From Zygnema circumcarinatum SAG 698-1b (taxonomy: Eukaryota > Plantae > Zygnematophyceae), in assembly GCA_037447605.1 (NCBI GenBank), contig CM074819.1:1-64000 (forward strand): a stretch of DNA of 64,000 nucleotides, written 5' to 3'. Of the stretch, positions 13,175 to 26,632 are shown one piece after another (the first letter of the stretch is position 1; each line of letters starts with the position of its first letter). The position numbers were made by a program, and so were the translations under genes. Below the pieces are notes generated by a model. It did not search any database. It saw nothing but the letters and a program-made list of their open reading frames with translations, and was not told where the DNA came from.

Positions 13175-14884
13175 GAGCTCTGATACCACTTGTTGATGCA
13201 NNNNNNNNNNCTCTAAGCTAATCCACGTCTTGCGCCGTAGGATCTGACCCCGCCTCCAAGATAGATGACGCGTCAAACTCCGCGTCGTTGCACGCCACCG
13301 ACATTTGACGCCGCTCCGTACAATGATGAATCACGCGCCGACATTTTGATGCCGCATCGTGTCAAGTCCGAATCGTCCAATCCAAAGGTTGACGCCGCGC
13401 CGCGTCACTTCTGATTCGCGCGCAGATTTGCGCGTCGCGCCAATTCTTCAATTCGCTCCGCGGCCGCGTCCTTGCACGTCACTTTTTGATTCGTCGCGTC
13501 GCGCTTCGTCACTTCTGACTCCGCCGCGCCGCGCCTCTTCCACCGACCAAATGTCCGTACCGCCACTTACTAACTTAGGCGCACACCGCCGCCAAGAAAA
13601 CACACAACACAAACACACAAAACTAATGTTCCAACAAAAACATGCTAACTATCATACACTAACAACGATGCTAGCGACTAAGGCTTTTTCACTGGCTGGA
13701 CAGCTGCAGACATTGGGGAAAGTTTTCCAATGTTAGGAGAATTTTGTGGAGACCTTGGTTCAACATTTCCTAACATTGTTACTGTCGAGTCAGACTCTTC
13801 AGTTATTGGATGGGAAAAAGACGAGTTTCGGAAGAGTTTGACAGAATTTTCATTCAAAGGCATTCTTGATCACAAACAATTGGACAGTTTCAACGCTTTT
13901 CGAGGGTCTTTGAGTAGTTGACATTAATTCTAAAACACTCTCATTCAGTTTAGAACCATTTAAGGGAATAAGACTATTCTTTATTTCATTTCCAATTTTG
14001 GTTCTTATTTCAGTCTTTGTTTTTGTGATTAAATCCCTGAACTTTAGAGGTGATGATTTAGAATTTAGTTTTTGTGAGGACGTTTCCAAACTATGATAGG
14101 TTCTATAATGGTGATATTTGGAGTGATTCATCATGGATGGAAATGGAGACGGAGAGCTTTGGATGGGGTCTACAAAGCTTTTATGCAACTAGGTCTTTCA
14201 AATAGTAACTATATGTTAGTGTTTTGATTGATTGGTAAAATCCAATGTACAAGAGTTAAAGAGTTTGCATGAGTTTTTAAAGCCGTGTTGTTATGCCAAC
14301 AACTAGAGTTATGTACACATGAAAACATAGCCATCGTCAGTAAAAAAAACAATTCATTTTTTTATTTTTAACCAAAAAGGCCTTTTAGGCATTTATGGTA
14401 CTTACGGTTAATCCCCTAAAATCGATCTCAAGCTGTCTCGTGAATAAGCTATTTACGATATTTAGGGATTTTCTCGTATTGTATTTGAAGAGGTCTGCCG
14501 CTGGCCCGTTAAAGAGACTTTGCCTTGCGATCAATTGTACAACATTACAACCGTACACTCATACAAAAGTGCAACCGTTCTAAAAGTGTTTTATAAAACG
14601 GTTTTTGAATGCCACACCTTTTGCTCTTCTGAAAATTCGACTGCGTTCTAATATCCATCCTTAAAAAAGCCTGAGAAACTAAACAATTTCTTATGGAGAA
14701 CTATATACCGCCCTCTTTTTTGGTTATCCCGCCCATGTTTTTCTGAAATCCTACCCTCCCATTTTGGCTATTCCGCCGTTTTGGATATTTCGGGAGGAGA
14801 TAACCCCTCGCTTTTGAATTTTCCTTTCTTGCCCCTCCCGTCCTCTCCCCTCCCCTCCACTCCTCTTCCTGGTTTGCAATCTCT

Positions 14885-15195
14885 CTCCATCTCTCCACTT
14901 CTCTCTCTCCGCTAGTCTTTCTCTCCTCTGCTCTCTCTCTCTCCTCTATACTCTCGCTCCTCTATACTCTCTCTCCTCGGTTCTCACTGTTCTGCTCTCT
15001 CTCTCCCTCTCTCCTTTGCTCTCTCTCCCCTCCAGTCTTTCTCTCCTCTACTCTCTCTTCTCTGCCCACTCTCTCTCTCCTCTATACTCTCTCTCCTCGG
15101 CTCTCTCTCCTCTGCTCACTCTCTCTTTCTCCTCTGCTCTCTCCTCTAGTCTCTCTCTCCTCTGCTCTCACTCTGCTCTCCCTCTCTCTCCTCTA
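14885..15195. repeat. CT-rich degenerate micro/minisatellite (left half)
   Basis: Repeated CTCTCTCTCCTCTATACTCT / CTCTGCTCT units; continues at 21517 after the copia E insertion. Confidence 0.85.
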
Positions 15196-18100
15196 TGTTG
15201 AAGCAGGTGTCTGCTCCCCACTTCCGGCGCCACCTCGGGTGTCGCCCTCCATTGGAACTTGAGTTCCCACGGATGAAGATATTCAAACACTCAAAGCTCT
15301 ATCTTACTTCACTCATCGCCCATAACAGCGGAATGACTCTGAGACAAGCCTGACCCAATCACAATGAGAGGGAGTGTTAGGAGAGAAGCTCACGGCTCTA
15401 AAACTCCTTATAATAAAAGCTGTCTTCCTGATGAGAGTTCTCCCACCACTTCAAGGTCCCTCCTCTTATCACCACCTCACATATCAAGTGTAGGGCAAAT
15501 TCTATAAAGACGAAAGTGTGCTCTCAATAAGACCCGAGACTATGACAGCCAGTATAGTGTGGGTGGGTTACTTCCCATAGTAAAAGTATGCACTATATAA
15601 TATGGCGTCATTGGCGTGACACACATGTCGCGTCGCGTCTCGCCATGCAAACTCATGCAGGAATGCGAGTGGGCGCGCACCAGTAGCGACTAATTTATTT
15701 TGCGCCTGCGTAAACCTCTTGTGCGCCGACCTAGTTCTTGTCGGATCGTACATCCGTCCGTACTGTTTTGCCGTTTCACCAGCGCTCCTTCGTNNNNNNN
15801 NNNACTAGCTAGCTGCCTCGTAAACCTACGGCGGCGCCGACCTAGTTCTTGTCGGATCGTACATCCGTCCGTACTGTTTTGCCGTTTCACCAGCGCTCCT
15901 TCGTAGTCTTCGCCCGCCGACATCTCGGCCGTACACTCGAACTCGCGGACCCACATTGCGAGTGGTCCACGTGGCGCATTTCGGTTCGCCGCCAAATATC
16001 TTCCATGTCATTTTCGCGCCGCAACTTCGCGCTCCACGTTTCGCGCCCGTGCCGCGACCAATCACAGTCGCGCACCACCATACTTCGCGAATCCGTGGCC
16101 CCGCCTCGACCAATCAAAGTTGCTTGTCCGTACTCCACTTACTTGTGTCAGTGCCGCGACCAATCAGCGCCGTTCGTTCGTACTCCGCGCACTCGCGACG
16201 CACTCACCAAAGTCAGAGCACCGACATTCCTAAATCTAAGAGCACTACGCCTAGCAGATCTCAATGTCAACAAACTGAGTTCCACAACAAGTTAGTGTGT
16301 GCCATACAATGTCTAACTATCATACACTAACACTAACAATCCCCTTTTTGGGACTCAGTTCCTCATGGGCCCTAGCCCAATCAACCTGCTGTTCACTAGT
16401 AGTGTCTCCCCGCTGACCCCCTTTGTCAACATGTCTGAACCTTGTCTTTTTGTACCTATAAACTCCCACCACTATCATCCCTTCCTCATCACTCTCGCAT
16501 AATGATATTGCATGATGTGCTTGGTCCTTTCACGAACACATGATTTTCCATAAGAGCTATAGATGATGATGTTCTCCCTAAGAAGAGTCAATGGTGTTTG
16601 TGGTTGCTTAATTTGTCCAAAGAAATGTTGGAACCACATCCTCTTTCTTTGTGCATACTTCCCCGACATGCACCCTCCTTCCTGTTGCATGTGACTCCGA
16701 ACCCTGTAACTTCGAAGCTCCATGAGATCGCCTCTTTGCCCGATACAACCGTGATGCCATTTTGCTGACGTGCCCATCCCCCTCCCCAATCAGGAGTCGG
16801 TACTCGACCACCCCTGGTTGCTCTTCTCAATTCTTGAGACGCATCAAGGTCCTTTCATGATCTTTTGCTTCACGCCTCCCAATGTTCAGATCTGTTTTGC
16901 ATGAACCAACTTGCCAGTTATGGCTTTGCCAGTCATGATTATCATTAGATACATTAAACTCTCGATTGCGACTCACCTGACTTGGGGTATTTTGACAGTT
17001 TTTGGAGTTCTGCGGAAGGCATCAGATCTTTTAGTAATCGTGTTTTTCATTTTTATTGGGATTTGAACAAGGACGGTTCTTTTATTTTGAACCTGCAGGA
17101 CATCTACGCGTATTTTCCCTAAGAAGCAAATAAGCTACCGTCCCGTCCCTCTCTTCAAATCCTGCATCTGGGTGGAGATACTGCCGTTCTCACATCGACA
17201 CTCCAAGTTAGCTTCCAAGCCGCTTCAATTTATTGATTCTCTTCAATGAGAGGCTCACCATTATGAGGTCGTCCATGTAGATCCCAACGTACATGAGATC
17301 CGTCCTTCCCTTGTCTCCCTGAAGACAGGATGGACCCGTCTCCACTGGCTAAATCCGGCCACTCCTCAAGAGGTCATCAACTCTCTCTGAACCAAATCCC
17401 TGGGGATCGCCCGCTCGAGTCCGCACAGACCCTCCACAAAATGACAAGAGATGTCCCTGCCCCGGCAGGACCTTCCTTCGGGACCTACCACTGCACATCT
17501 CCTCACGAGATCTCCGCACACAACGCGGTCTTGACATCGAGCTTGATGCACGTGCATCCCTCGCGCTCATCACATCAGGGCAGACTGAACTCTCACCACG
17601 GGGGTGAAGGTCTCCGTGTAGTCGATCCGCACGCCTGGCCGAGAAGCCCTTCGCCACCAGCCGCGCCTTGTAACGGCTCGACACTCCCGTCCGCCTTCCG
17701 CTCCACCTTGAACACCCACCGCAGCCCATGCCCTTCCCTCCCGAGCCGTCAGCGCCATGTGCCGGTCCCCTAGCCTGCCCCCACCTGCCGGTCCCTGCGG
17801 CCACCTCCCTCTATCCCCCACCCGCTTGCTCCTCAAAGGTTCGCGATTCATCACAACAGTGGGATCTTCCCGCCAGCCGCCTGAGCGAGTACTCCTCCGA
17901 TCATTAGCTCACGAAGGCCTATAGTGATCATGCCTCTCACCACACGGTGCCTCCGGGTCTCCGCGCTCTCCGGCTTCCTTGTGTCAAGAAAATTTGGGAC
18001 AAATCTGGACTAGTGTTGACAACACAGCCCTCCTCTTGGCTCTGCTCGAGTCTCCTGACACTCCCTTCATGCAAGGGCACAGCTCCCGCTGAGTCCCCGT

Positions 18101-21100
18101 CGTCTGACCAGGCGAGTGTGTAGTGATGCCGTCTCCGTCAAGCTCGCGGCTCCCCGCCGCGGCTCCTCGGGTTCAACTCCCACGGCTGCCTCCATGTCGG
18201 CGCTGCTTCCGGCCTGTTCCGCTGCCCAGGTGGCGTGCTGACTCCCCCAAAGCCGGGATGAGAGGCGTCCATGCCTTTGCCGGCTCTCCACATTGCCGCA
18301 GCATAATTTCGAAACCTGCCTGTTTGGGTGCGGGTCTCATTAGGCCGAGTCACCGCCCCTTCCGTCCACTGCAACGTCTCTCGAGCTCTGCACTTCGTTG
18401 CTCGAGGGTTCCAGACTGAGAAGTGCCAACTGCCCACGTCTGAGCTGAGAAGGTACCCTTCCACGCTCGGGGTCGAACTTTCCTTCTGCCCTTGCCTTTG
18501 GCACCGCGATGGTATCAGCTTCCAAAGGTCTTCAGGTGGGACACGTGGGTTTCTCCCACTCCACACCTCTTCAGGAACCTGATCCTTAAGCACAAAAGAT
18601 GGGCATCTATTTCTAAGGTAAGTTGCAGTCATCACCGCCTCTCCCCAAAAAGATGCCGGGAAGGGGGAATCTATCAGCATGGTTCGTGCCATGTCCCCCT
18701 GGCGTCCCATTGACCCTCCTGTGCTTCATTACTTTGAGGGGAGTAAGGAGCAAGAAATTTATGCCCACTTTGCCAGCCTTCAAGGGTCTGCTGAGTCTCC
18801 CCACTTGAATTCCCTCCGCTGTCGGGAGTTGGCAGCGCTCTTCAGCTTCTGCCCTTCGCTCCATCTGAAGCCTGCCACCTCAAAAGCTCTGAAAGCTTCA
18901 AACTGGAGACTCTGAGAATTCTCATCTGAACTTCCTCAAAAATCATCAAGGAAGGTGATGAAGTAGTGAGCTCCTCCACTTGCTGTTGTGTCACGGGGCC
19001 ACACAAACTGGGAGGAGATCATTCAGCTTCTCCTGCTGTGAAATGACTCCCTCCACTCCTCGAAAAGGGTCTCCGATGTGCCTTCCCCTACATACTCTTT
19101 GAAAAGCCTAGTCCTCTCAACTATGACAATGCTCAACCCCGCTGCCCTTGGTAGGGAAGCTTGCTGCAGTCCTTATGAACCAGATGTTAAGTTACGAGAT
19201 GCTAAGAATCATGGAGACCAGCCTACCCCATCAGAACCTTGAATTTCCTCCTCCTATAAAATGAAGGTAATACAGGCCCTTCCCTCCTCAGACCAAACAT
19301 TGCCTTCCCCACTCTAGGTGAGAGCTGCCACAGAAGACTTCTCCTTAAAGGTGACTTTGTACCCCTCTTACACACTTGACTAAACAGACATGAAGTTCTG
19401 CTTCAGGTCAGGGTGTGAAGTATGTTACCGATGCACAACCGCCTCTTCCTCCTTCTTCGTAGACGACAGGCCGCTCTCCCCAGGATCACCCCCACTCCCT
19501 TTGGCTGCCATTCCCCTCACTGCTGAGCGACAGACTTGGTCCTCCAAGGTGTCCAGCGGAGCACAAGAGTCTGTCACCACACAATGTGCGTGAGCGCCAG
19601 AAGTCGACCAGCCAGGCTGCTTCACAGACCGCACTGGAGCTTTTCAACAAAGCTGAGTATGTTCAGCCAGCATGAGCATCTGCTCCACCGTGAACTTCAA
19701 ATCTGTGTGCCTTGGTGCTCTCTCCGTGGCTGGTTTGAACAATATCCCTTGAATCCCTCTCACGGCATGACGATGCTCCTCCACTCCATCTTGGGTGTTC
19801 TTGTTTGTAGGAGCCGGCTCCAGAAGTGGCCTGCCCGCTGGATAGAACATGCCTCCGCAGGCGTCCCCACGGCTCACCCTCGCCCACTCCTCTTCGGACT
19901 TGTTGTGAGCCAGCGACACCTCCTTGGTGTTGAACGCCTTGGGACAGCGTTCTCCTCCTTGACTTTGCTTCACTTGCTCAAGGGTCATCATGGTGTTTGT
20001 TAGGCAGGCCTGGAGCTTAACTGCCACATCGAATTGCCGCTACCTGGCAAGTCTGCCATTTATGCTCCCTCTAACGGTCTCTGGGTTAAATATAATCTCT
20101 CCATTAGAGTATCAAATCTGACCATATATTCACTCAGCATCTCTTTCGATACACTTCTGTTTCCCAAGCGCGTGTAAAGGTGATGATCGGCCACGGCCAT
20201 CCTTTACGCCAGACACCCCCTTGCAAAGCATCTCCACAGAGCACATGCTAAGTCTCAAGGTCATACAGCATGGATGAGGACTCCCCCTCACGCTCACCAT
20301 GATCCGACAGGGTCTGTTGCTCCGGCTCCATCGCGAGCGCCGTGTCGACTCCACCGCCGCTCCGCCGTGGCTCCCTCCGGCCATCGGTGCCTTGATGGTG
20401 CCGTCAACGCACCCACAACCTTGCCCACAACCACGGAATGCTCTGCCATCTCCACCCTTGTAGCCCGACCATCGAACGCTGGATGCCTGGATCCACGTGC
20501 CCTCCTCTCCACCTTGGGCCTCAGCACCACTTGTTGAGTAGCAGTCGCCTCACTTCCGGCGCGCCACCTCGGTGCTCGCCTCCATTGGAACTTGAGCTCC
20601 CACGGATGAAGATATCCAAACACTCAAAGCTCCATCCTGACTCCCACTCATCCCTCTATAGAAACAACAGAAATGCAGCTACAAGACAAGCACAATTGGA
20701 AATCACAATGAGAGAGTGTTAGCAGGTATTTACGGCCAAACTCCTCACAGAAGCCGCCTTCCCACAATGAAGTTCTCCCACCACTTCAAGGTCCACCACT
20801 TGATGAGCAAGTGGGGAGGGAGTCTAGAGGACGAGCAGGCCTTGAGAAGACTCGAGAACTATGACAGGTAGTGTGGGTGGGTTACTTCCACAATAAACTA
20901 CGCACTATATAATTTGGCATCCGTGACGTGACACACATGTCACGTCCCGTCCGCCATTGCAAACCCATGCACCGAAATGAGTGGGCCGCACTTGAGGACA
21001 GCCAGGAGGTCAGCCGCTCGCCGCACCACGCCGGCGCCAACCCAGTTCTGTTGGAGCCAGATCCGCCCGCAGCCGCTCCGCCGCTCCGCGAGCCGCTCGG

Positions 21101-21516
21101 AGTCGCGACACCCCGGCCGCACAGCTCAAACTCGCGGACCCACATCGCGAGTGGTCCACGTGGCGCATTCCGGTTTGCCGCCAAATATCTTCCATGTCGT
21201 TTTCGCGCCGCAACTTCGTGCTCCACGTTTTGCGCCCGTGCCGCGACCAATCAGAGTCGCGCGACCGCACTTCGCCACCCCGGCCCTGCCCGGCCAAACC
21301 AAGTCTGCCGTCCACTCGCACTACCCTGTGCCCAGCGCGCCACCAATCATCGCCGTTTGTTCGTACTCCGTGCATCGCACTCACCAAAAGTCAGAGCACC
21401 AACATTCCTAAATCTAAGAGCACTACGCCTCGCAGATCTCATGTTCTACAAACTGAGTACCACAACAAGTTAGTGTGTGCCATACAATGTCTAACTATCA
21501 TACACTAACACTAACA
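15196..21516 (-). mobile_element. Full-length Ty1/copia element family E (LTRs 15196-16338 and 20532-21516), internal region degenerate
   Basis: Perfect TSD CTCTA (15191-15195 / 21517-21521); PPT next to 16339; degenerate PBS next to 20531; IN FWGEAVMTATYLRNRCP (18138-18710); RT RYKARLVAKG (~17660). Confidence 0.9.
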
Positions 21517-21772
21517 CTCTATACTCTCTCTCCTCGGCTCTCACTCTGCTCACTCTCTCTCTCTCCTCTCCTTTAGTCTCTCTCTCCTTTGCTCTCACTC
21601 CTCTGCTCTCTCTCTCCTCTATTCTCTCTCTCCTCGGCTCTCACTCTGCTCTCTCTCTCCTTGGCTATCACTCTGCTCTCTCTCTCCTCTTTTATCTCCT
21701 TTGCTCTCTCTCTCCTCTTTTATCTCCTCTGCTCTCTCTCTCTCCTCTTCCCTCTCCTCTTCTCTCTCCTCT

Positions 21773-21850
<78 letters not shown>
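21517..21850. repeat. CT-rich repeat ending in a pure (CT)n tract (~21773-21848)
   Basis: Seen directly. Confidence 0.9.
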
Positions 21851-21851
<1 letters not shown>

Positions 21852-23270
21852 CCACCCTTTAGGCAGCACGGGGTCATGGGGAGCACCCGCAAGAGGGTGG
21901 AGGAGGTGTGGGAGCACTGAGTGTAATGTTGGTCTCTGGGCTCTAATGCCCCTCGCAGTCTCCCGCCCCCCCAGACCCTCCCCGTCCGACCCTCTACCAG
22001 CGTGAGGAGTGGAAGCAGGCTGGCCAGTGGCGAGACGCTGCGTGGCTGCATACCACCCTGTGGCGGCCGCCACGTGCTACATCATGATGCGTGTCAGCGT
22101 GAGAGGTACTCAAGCGGGCCCTGCCGGATCGCGGCGAACGCAGCCGGCGTCATTGCGCGCGATGGCTGCGCGCGCGACATGCGATGGCTGCTCAGAACAC
22201 GCCGCATACCACGGCGCGACTTTGCTGCGGCGGCCAAAACGGCGCGCGCCCGACGCTGCTGCGGACCTGATAGTCAGCGCATGCAGCCCGATCTCGGTTG
22301 CGGCACTTGACAGCCGTACGGACAAACTGTACGGAGACTCCCCTGGCGCGCAGCGCCCCCTGGGAGCTGCAGTGTTCTCGTGACATCGCTCCTTAAAATG
22401 TTTGTGACGTCCCGTGCCATGGGGATCAGCAGAAGCAGCCGCAGCCTTTGCTTGGTTTGCCGTCGACCTGCGCGACTGTCTGAGCAGGGCCCCGGCACAC
22501 CGCCAAATCCCTTCCAGCGCGCGCGGGCTGCAGAGGAACTCCGCGCAGCCCATGCCCACTCACCAGCGGCTAGCGCCTCCCAATAAAGATTCAAGAGCTC
22601 CTGGCAATGGGTCAAATTGCCTTTTGTCTCCCAAGTTGCAACAAACCTGCCAAAGTCGCGGCAGAAAGCCTATGCTGATCGTCGTCGTGCTGCGTTAACC
22701 TTCGCTGTGGGCGATCAGGTACTGCTAAGCACTTTGAACTTGCACCTGAAAACTTACGGCGGAACCCGCAAGTTGTGGCCTCGTTTCATGGGACCTTTTT
22801 CGGTCATGAAGCGAATCGGTGAGGTTGCTTACCGGTTGGCTTTACCGGCTCATATGAAAGTGCATCCGGTCTTTCATGTGGGTCTTCTTAAGGCATACCG
22901 CAGCGACGGGAGAGTCCAACCACCTCCCCCTCCGGTGGAAATTGAAGGTGACCTCGAATATGAGGTGGAAACCATTCAAACCCACAGAACTGTGAGTCGT
23001 GGTCAGACTCCCCGCCACGAATATCTCGTGAAATGGTTGGGCTATGGGGTTGAACATAGCACGTGGGAACGTGAGAGCAATCTGACAAATTGCAAGGAGC
23101 TCCTGAGATTGTACTAGGAGGCGCAGACCGTTGGTGAGCGGGCGCGGGCGGCTAGGGGGGTTCCCGAACCGTCCACGCGCTACTCGGAAAGGGACTTGAC
23201 CGGGATTAACGCTGAGCCCTCCCGTACACCCCGCAAACAAAGGCGAGTGCCTCTTAAACTGCGGGCTGCC

Positions 23271-23423
23271 TGTTAGTGTACATAGTTAGTTCAGATTAGC
23301 ATGTTTGTGTTGGCGCTTAGTTCCTAGGGGTGTGCTTCTAGGTGTGACATGTATGGGGACGGACTTACTTCAGCGTGCGCGCGGCGGCGAGACCGACCGC
23401 GCAACCGTACGGATAGTATGGAC
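23271..23423 (+). mobile_element. 5' end of a copia-type LTR, cut by a gap
   Basis: Starts TGTTAGTGTACATAGTTAG like the other copia LTRs. Confidence 0.7.
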
Positions 23424-23433
23424 NNNNNNNNNN

Positions 23434-24319
23434 GAACCATCTTTCTTCCCAACGAACAAGATGGGCGCCCCAAAGGGGCTCTGACTGGGTTCTATCCAGC
23501 CCTTGTCACGTAAAGTTGCCAACTGCTTTCGCATCTCCTCGGTTTCTTTCGGACTTAACCGATAGATCGGCCGCCAAGGCGGCTTTTGCTCAGGCTCAAG
23601 AGGGATTGTGTGCCCCACCCCTCTCGATGGTGGCAACCCTCTTGGAAGGTCGTCAGGGAAGACATCCCTGAACTCATCCAACAGAGGTTGGATCTGAGAC
23701 GGAACAGCCGAGAGCACATCCGTAGATGTGATCTGCCATTCTTGATCTTCGTCATGAACATCCTCAGTGGCTGTTATGACATGCACCGTAAAACGAGGTC
23801 GCGACCTTCACTTAACTGCTTTGGCGATTGCATGGCGGCGGGAAGGATTGTCGACTGCTTGGCGATCGCGATGGATGTGGTTTTACCCGAGGGGTGCGAT
23901 TAATGATGCACTATCCCATTTGTCGCGAATCTACGGTGTGGGATGGAAAACAGTGGGCTTTGACCATGGTTAACAAGCACTCCACCAAATGACATCAGAT
24001 CGGGGCGGTTAGGTCGGAAGACACTTCTTTGCCCGGTAGGATTAGACTTGATCTTGAGTGTGGCAGTACGGAGATGCGGCCCTTCGTCCATCCCCGAAAG
24101 TAACACTTTCTGAATGGGGATCTGTGGTCAACCCAAAGCTCTGGGTGAATGCGGAACTAACAAAGTTAGCATCTGCCCCAGTATCTAGCAGTATCACTGC
24201 AGGGTGGCCATTAGCTGACCCGATGAAGGTCATTGCACGATGGGCAAGATGGAACATGGATCGCACTACATGCGAGGGGTGAGGACGAGCCGTCCTCCAC
24301 ACCAAGGTGTAGGGGGATC
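23434..24319 (-). pseudogene. Chromovirus H-type protease / RT N-terminal fragment
   Basis: LLDTGADANF and SPFGAPILFVGKKDG; closely similar to 52430-53310; frameshifted and gap-bounded. Confidence 0.8.
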
Positions 24320-26015
24320 NNNNNNNNNNNNNNNNNNNNNNNNNNNNNNNNNNNNNNNNNNNNNNNNNNNNNNNNNNNNNNNNNNNNNNNNNNNGATAAC
24401 TCGGCTAAGGATCTCCGCCACGCGGCGGGCTCTGATTGGGCAGTCCCGCTCCCGGTCCTCCATGCTGGTAGGGGGTTCGAAGGGGGGAGCTTACAGGGGG
24501 TTGCGCACGGATGGGGGGGACCATCCGAGCACTTGGTACCAGCATTGAGCTCACGCTCCTCTTTCTCTCTCTCTCTCTCTCTCCTCTCTCTCTTGACACT
24601 TAGACGCTTAGAGCAACCTGCCAGGGGGCAGGCTGTTACACAAGTGCTATGTTCCACCCCATAGCCCAACCATTTCACGAGGTACTCGTGACGGGAGGTC
24701 TGACCCCTTTTCACTGTTCGGTGGGTTTGAATGGCTTCAACCTCGTACTCAAGGTCGCCTTCAACGGCCACGGGGGGTGGAGGTGGTTGGATCCTCCCGT
24801 CGCTCAAGTAGCGCTTCAACAGACTCACATGAAACACCGGATGTATCTTCATGTGAACTGGTAAAGCCAGCTTGTAAGCGACTTCGCCAACACGGCCCAG
24901 GACCCTGAAGGGTCCTATGAACCGGGGCCATAACTTACGAGTGCCTCCGTAAGCTTTCAGTCTTAGATTCGCGGTACTCAGCAGCATGTCAGCCCCTGGC
25001 TGAAACGTGAGAGGAGCCCGGTGGCGATTAGCATAGCTCTTTTGTCGAGACTGGGCTGCCAGTAGTGCCTGCCTTGCATGCTGGACAGATTCAGACATCA
25101 CTCGGACAAAAGATCTAACGGCGGGCGATTGATCCCCCCCCCAGCTCCTCTCAAGCCCCAAGGGTCATCGTCTCGGCGGATGCCCACATTCCACGAAGAC
25201 GGAGTTTGATCCCTCGGCTGTAGGGGATTTAGAGGATGCTCACCAAAATTCAGAAAGAAGGGGGTCGTACCGATGGACTCTTGATGGGCATTGTTGATGG
25301 CATACTCCGCCTGTGGGAGCAAGCGGTCCCACTCATCCGGCGTGGGTCCCACGTAATGCCGCAAGAAGTCTTCAAGGATGCGGTTGACCCGCTCCGTTTG
25401 GCCGTCGGTTTGCGGGTGGAAGGCTGTACTAAGCGCTTGCTTGGTTCCCACGAGTTTGAGGATCTCGGTCCAAAAGTGACCTGTAAACCGAGGGTCCCTG
25501 TTAGAAATAATGGTGGACTGAAAACCATGCAAGCTCCATACCTTGTCAACGTAAAGCCGCGCCACTTCTTCAGCACCAGCAGACTTCTGAGTGGGTGCAA
25601 AATGCACCATCTTGCTGAGCCGATCCACGAACACCATAATCGCATCATGCCCCCTTGGGGTTTCTGGCAAGTCCGAGATTAGATCCATGCCGATGCTTTC
25701 CCACTTTCGAAATGGCGGTGTGAGTGGCTGAAGTTTGCCAAGGATCTGGCCAGTGCAAAGCTTGTCCCGCTGACAAGTTGGACAGGCGAGTACATACGCC
25801 GACACATCCCTCGCGAGTCCCGGCCACCAGAACTCACAGAGCACTGCCTCAGAGGTTTTGATAATCCCCATATGACCCCTGTACGGAGGATTGTGCAGCT
25901 CACTCAGAATGAGCTGCCGTACAGTCCCGGCCTTGGGCACGACGAGCTGCAAGTTGTGGTACCAAAACCCATCGTTGGAGAGCAGCACCTTGTCCTTATA
26001 ACCACTACCCTGGCC

Positions 26016-26177
26016 TGTTAGTGTTAGTGTATGATAGTTAGACATTACATTGGACACACTAACTTGTTGTGGTACTCAGTTGTTGAACATGAGATCTGCT
26101 AGGCGTAGTGCTTCTAGATTTAGTGATGTCGGTGTTCTGACTTAGGCGAGTGCGCCACGAGTGCGCGGAGTTCGAAC
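26016..26177 (+). mobile_element. 5' end of copia family E LTR inserted in chromovirus J integrase
   Basis: TGTTAGTGTTAGTGTATGATAGTTAGACATT matches the reverse complement of the 21516 and 16338 ends. Confidence 0.8.
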
Positions 26178-26187
26178 NNNNNNNNNN

Positions 26188-26632
26188 TCACACGTGCAGA
26201 AACTATACACCGTCGATTCTAGAGCAGATCGCACCACGGCAGATCACCGTTCGATCGGCAGCCGGGCTCGGTTCCAGCGAATGGCACACGCCCACGTGTC
26301 CCACCCGAGCAGGCTCGACCGTACACAACTCGTACGGTCACAGCTTCGAGGAAATACTAAATTCCTTACATTGCGAGCTTGAACCAATCACCATCTGCCG
26401 CGTGCTCTTTTTAGACGTGGCAAACTGTGATTGGTTCAGGCACTCAACTTTAATTATTACGTTTTTTGACTTTCCTCGAAGCTGCGGGCGTACGCCTTTT
26501 GTACGGTCCTTGGAGCCGGCTTGGGTGGGACACGTGGGACAGAGCCCGGCTTCTGATCGAACGGTGATCCGCCATGGTGCGATCTGCGTGAATATCGACG
26601 GCGGAAAATTATTGCACGTGTGAAGGACGGCC
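26188..26632. mobile_element. Foldback/MITE with ~165-bp imperfect inverted arms
   Basis: TCACACGTGCA (26188) / TGCACGTGTGA (26613-26623); GATCACCGTTCGATC / GATCGAACGGTGATC; CAGCTTCGAGGAAA / TTTCCTCGAAGCTG. Left tip lost in the gap. Confidence 0.7.

Larger units (their letters stand above)
7143..13664 (-). mobile_element. Ty1/copia element A2 (shares LTR 7143-8149 with A1; 5' LTR 13191-13664 contains a gap)
   Basis: PBS AGTGGTATCAGAGC (rc of 13177-13190); gag ATG at 13174; degenerate PPT and RNase H end adjacent to 8150. Confidence 0.85.
22637..24640 (+). mobile_element. Internally deleted or 5'-truncated chromovirus insertion (IN C-terminus + chromodomain 22650-23117; 3' LTR end 24394-24640)
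   Basis: TSD CAAGT (22632-22636 / 24641-24645); starts TGCAACAAACCTGCC and ends GGCAGGCTGTTACA; ORF 22617-23117 has GPF and chromodomain motifs. Confidence 0.7.

Noticed and set aside
13850-14188. 112-aa ORF as a host gene
   Set aside because: Non-ATG start, no recognisable motif and no supporting gene structure.
15705-15905. Tandem duplication in LTR E (and the 17-bp duplication around 30787-30796)
   Set aside because: Both directly flank 10-N gaps, consistent with unmerged contig overlaps.
21589-22073. ORFs with ER, SL or RE dipeptide repeats
   Set aside because: They are translations of the (CT)n microsatellite.
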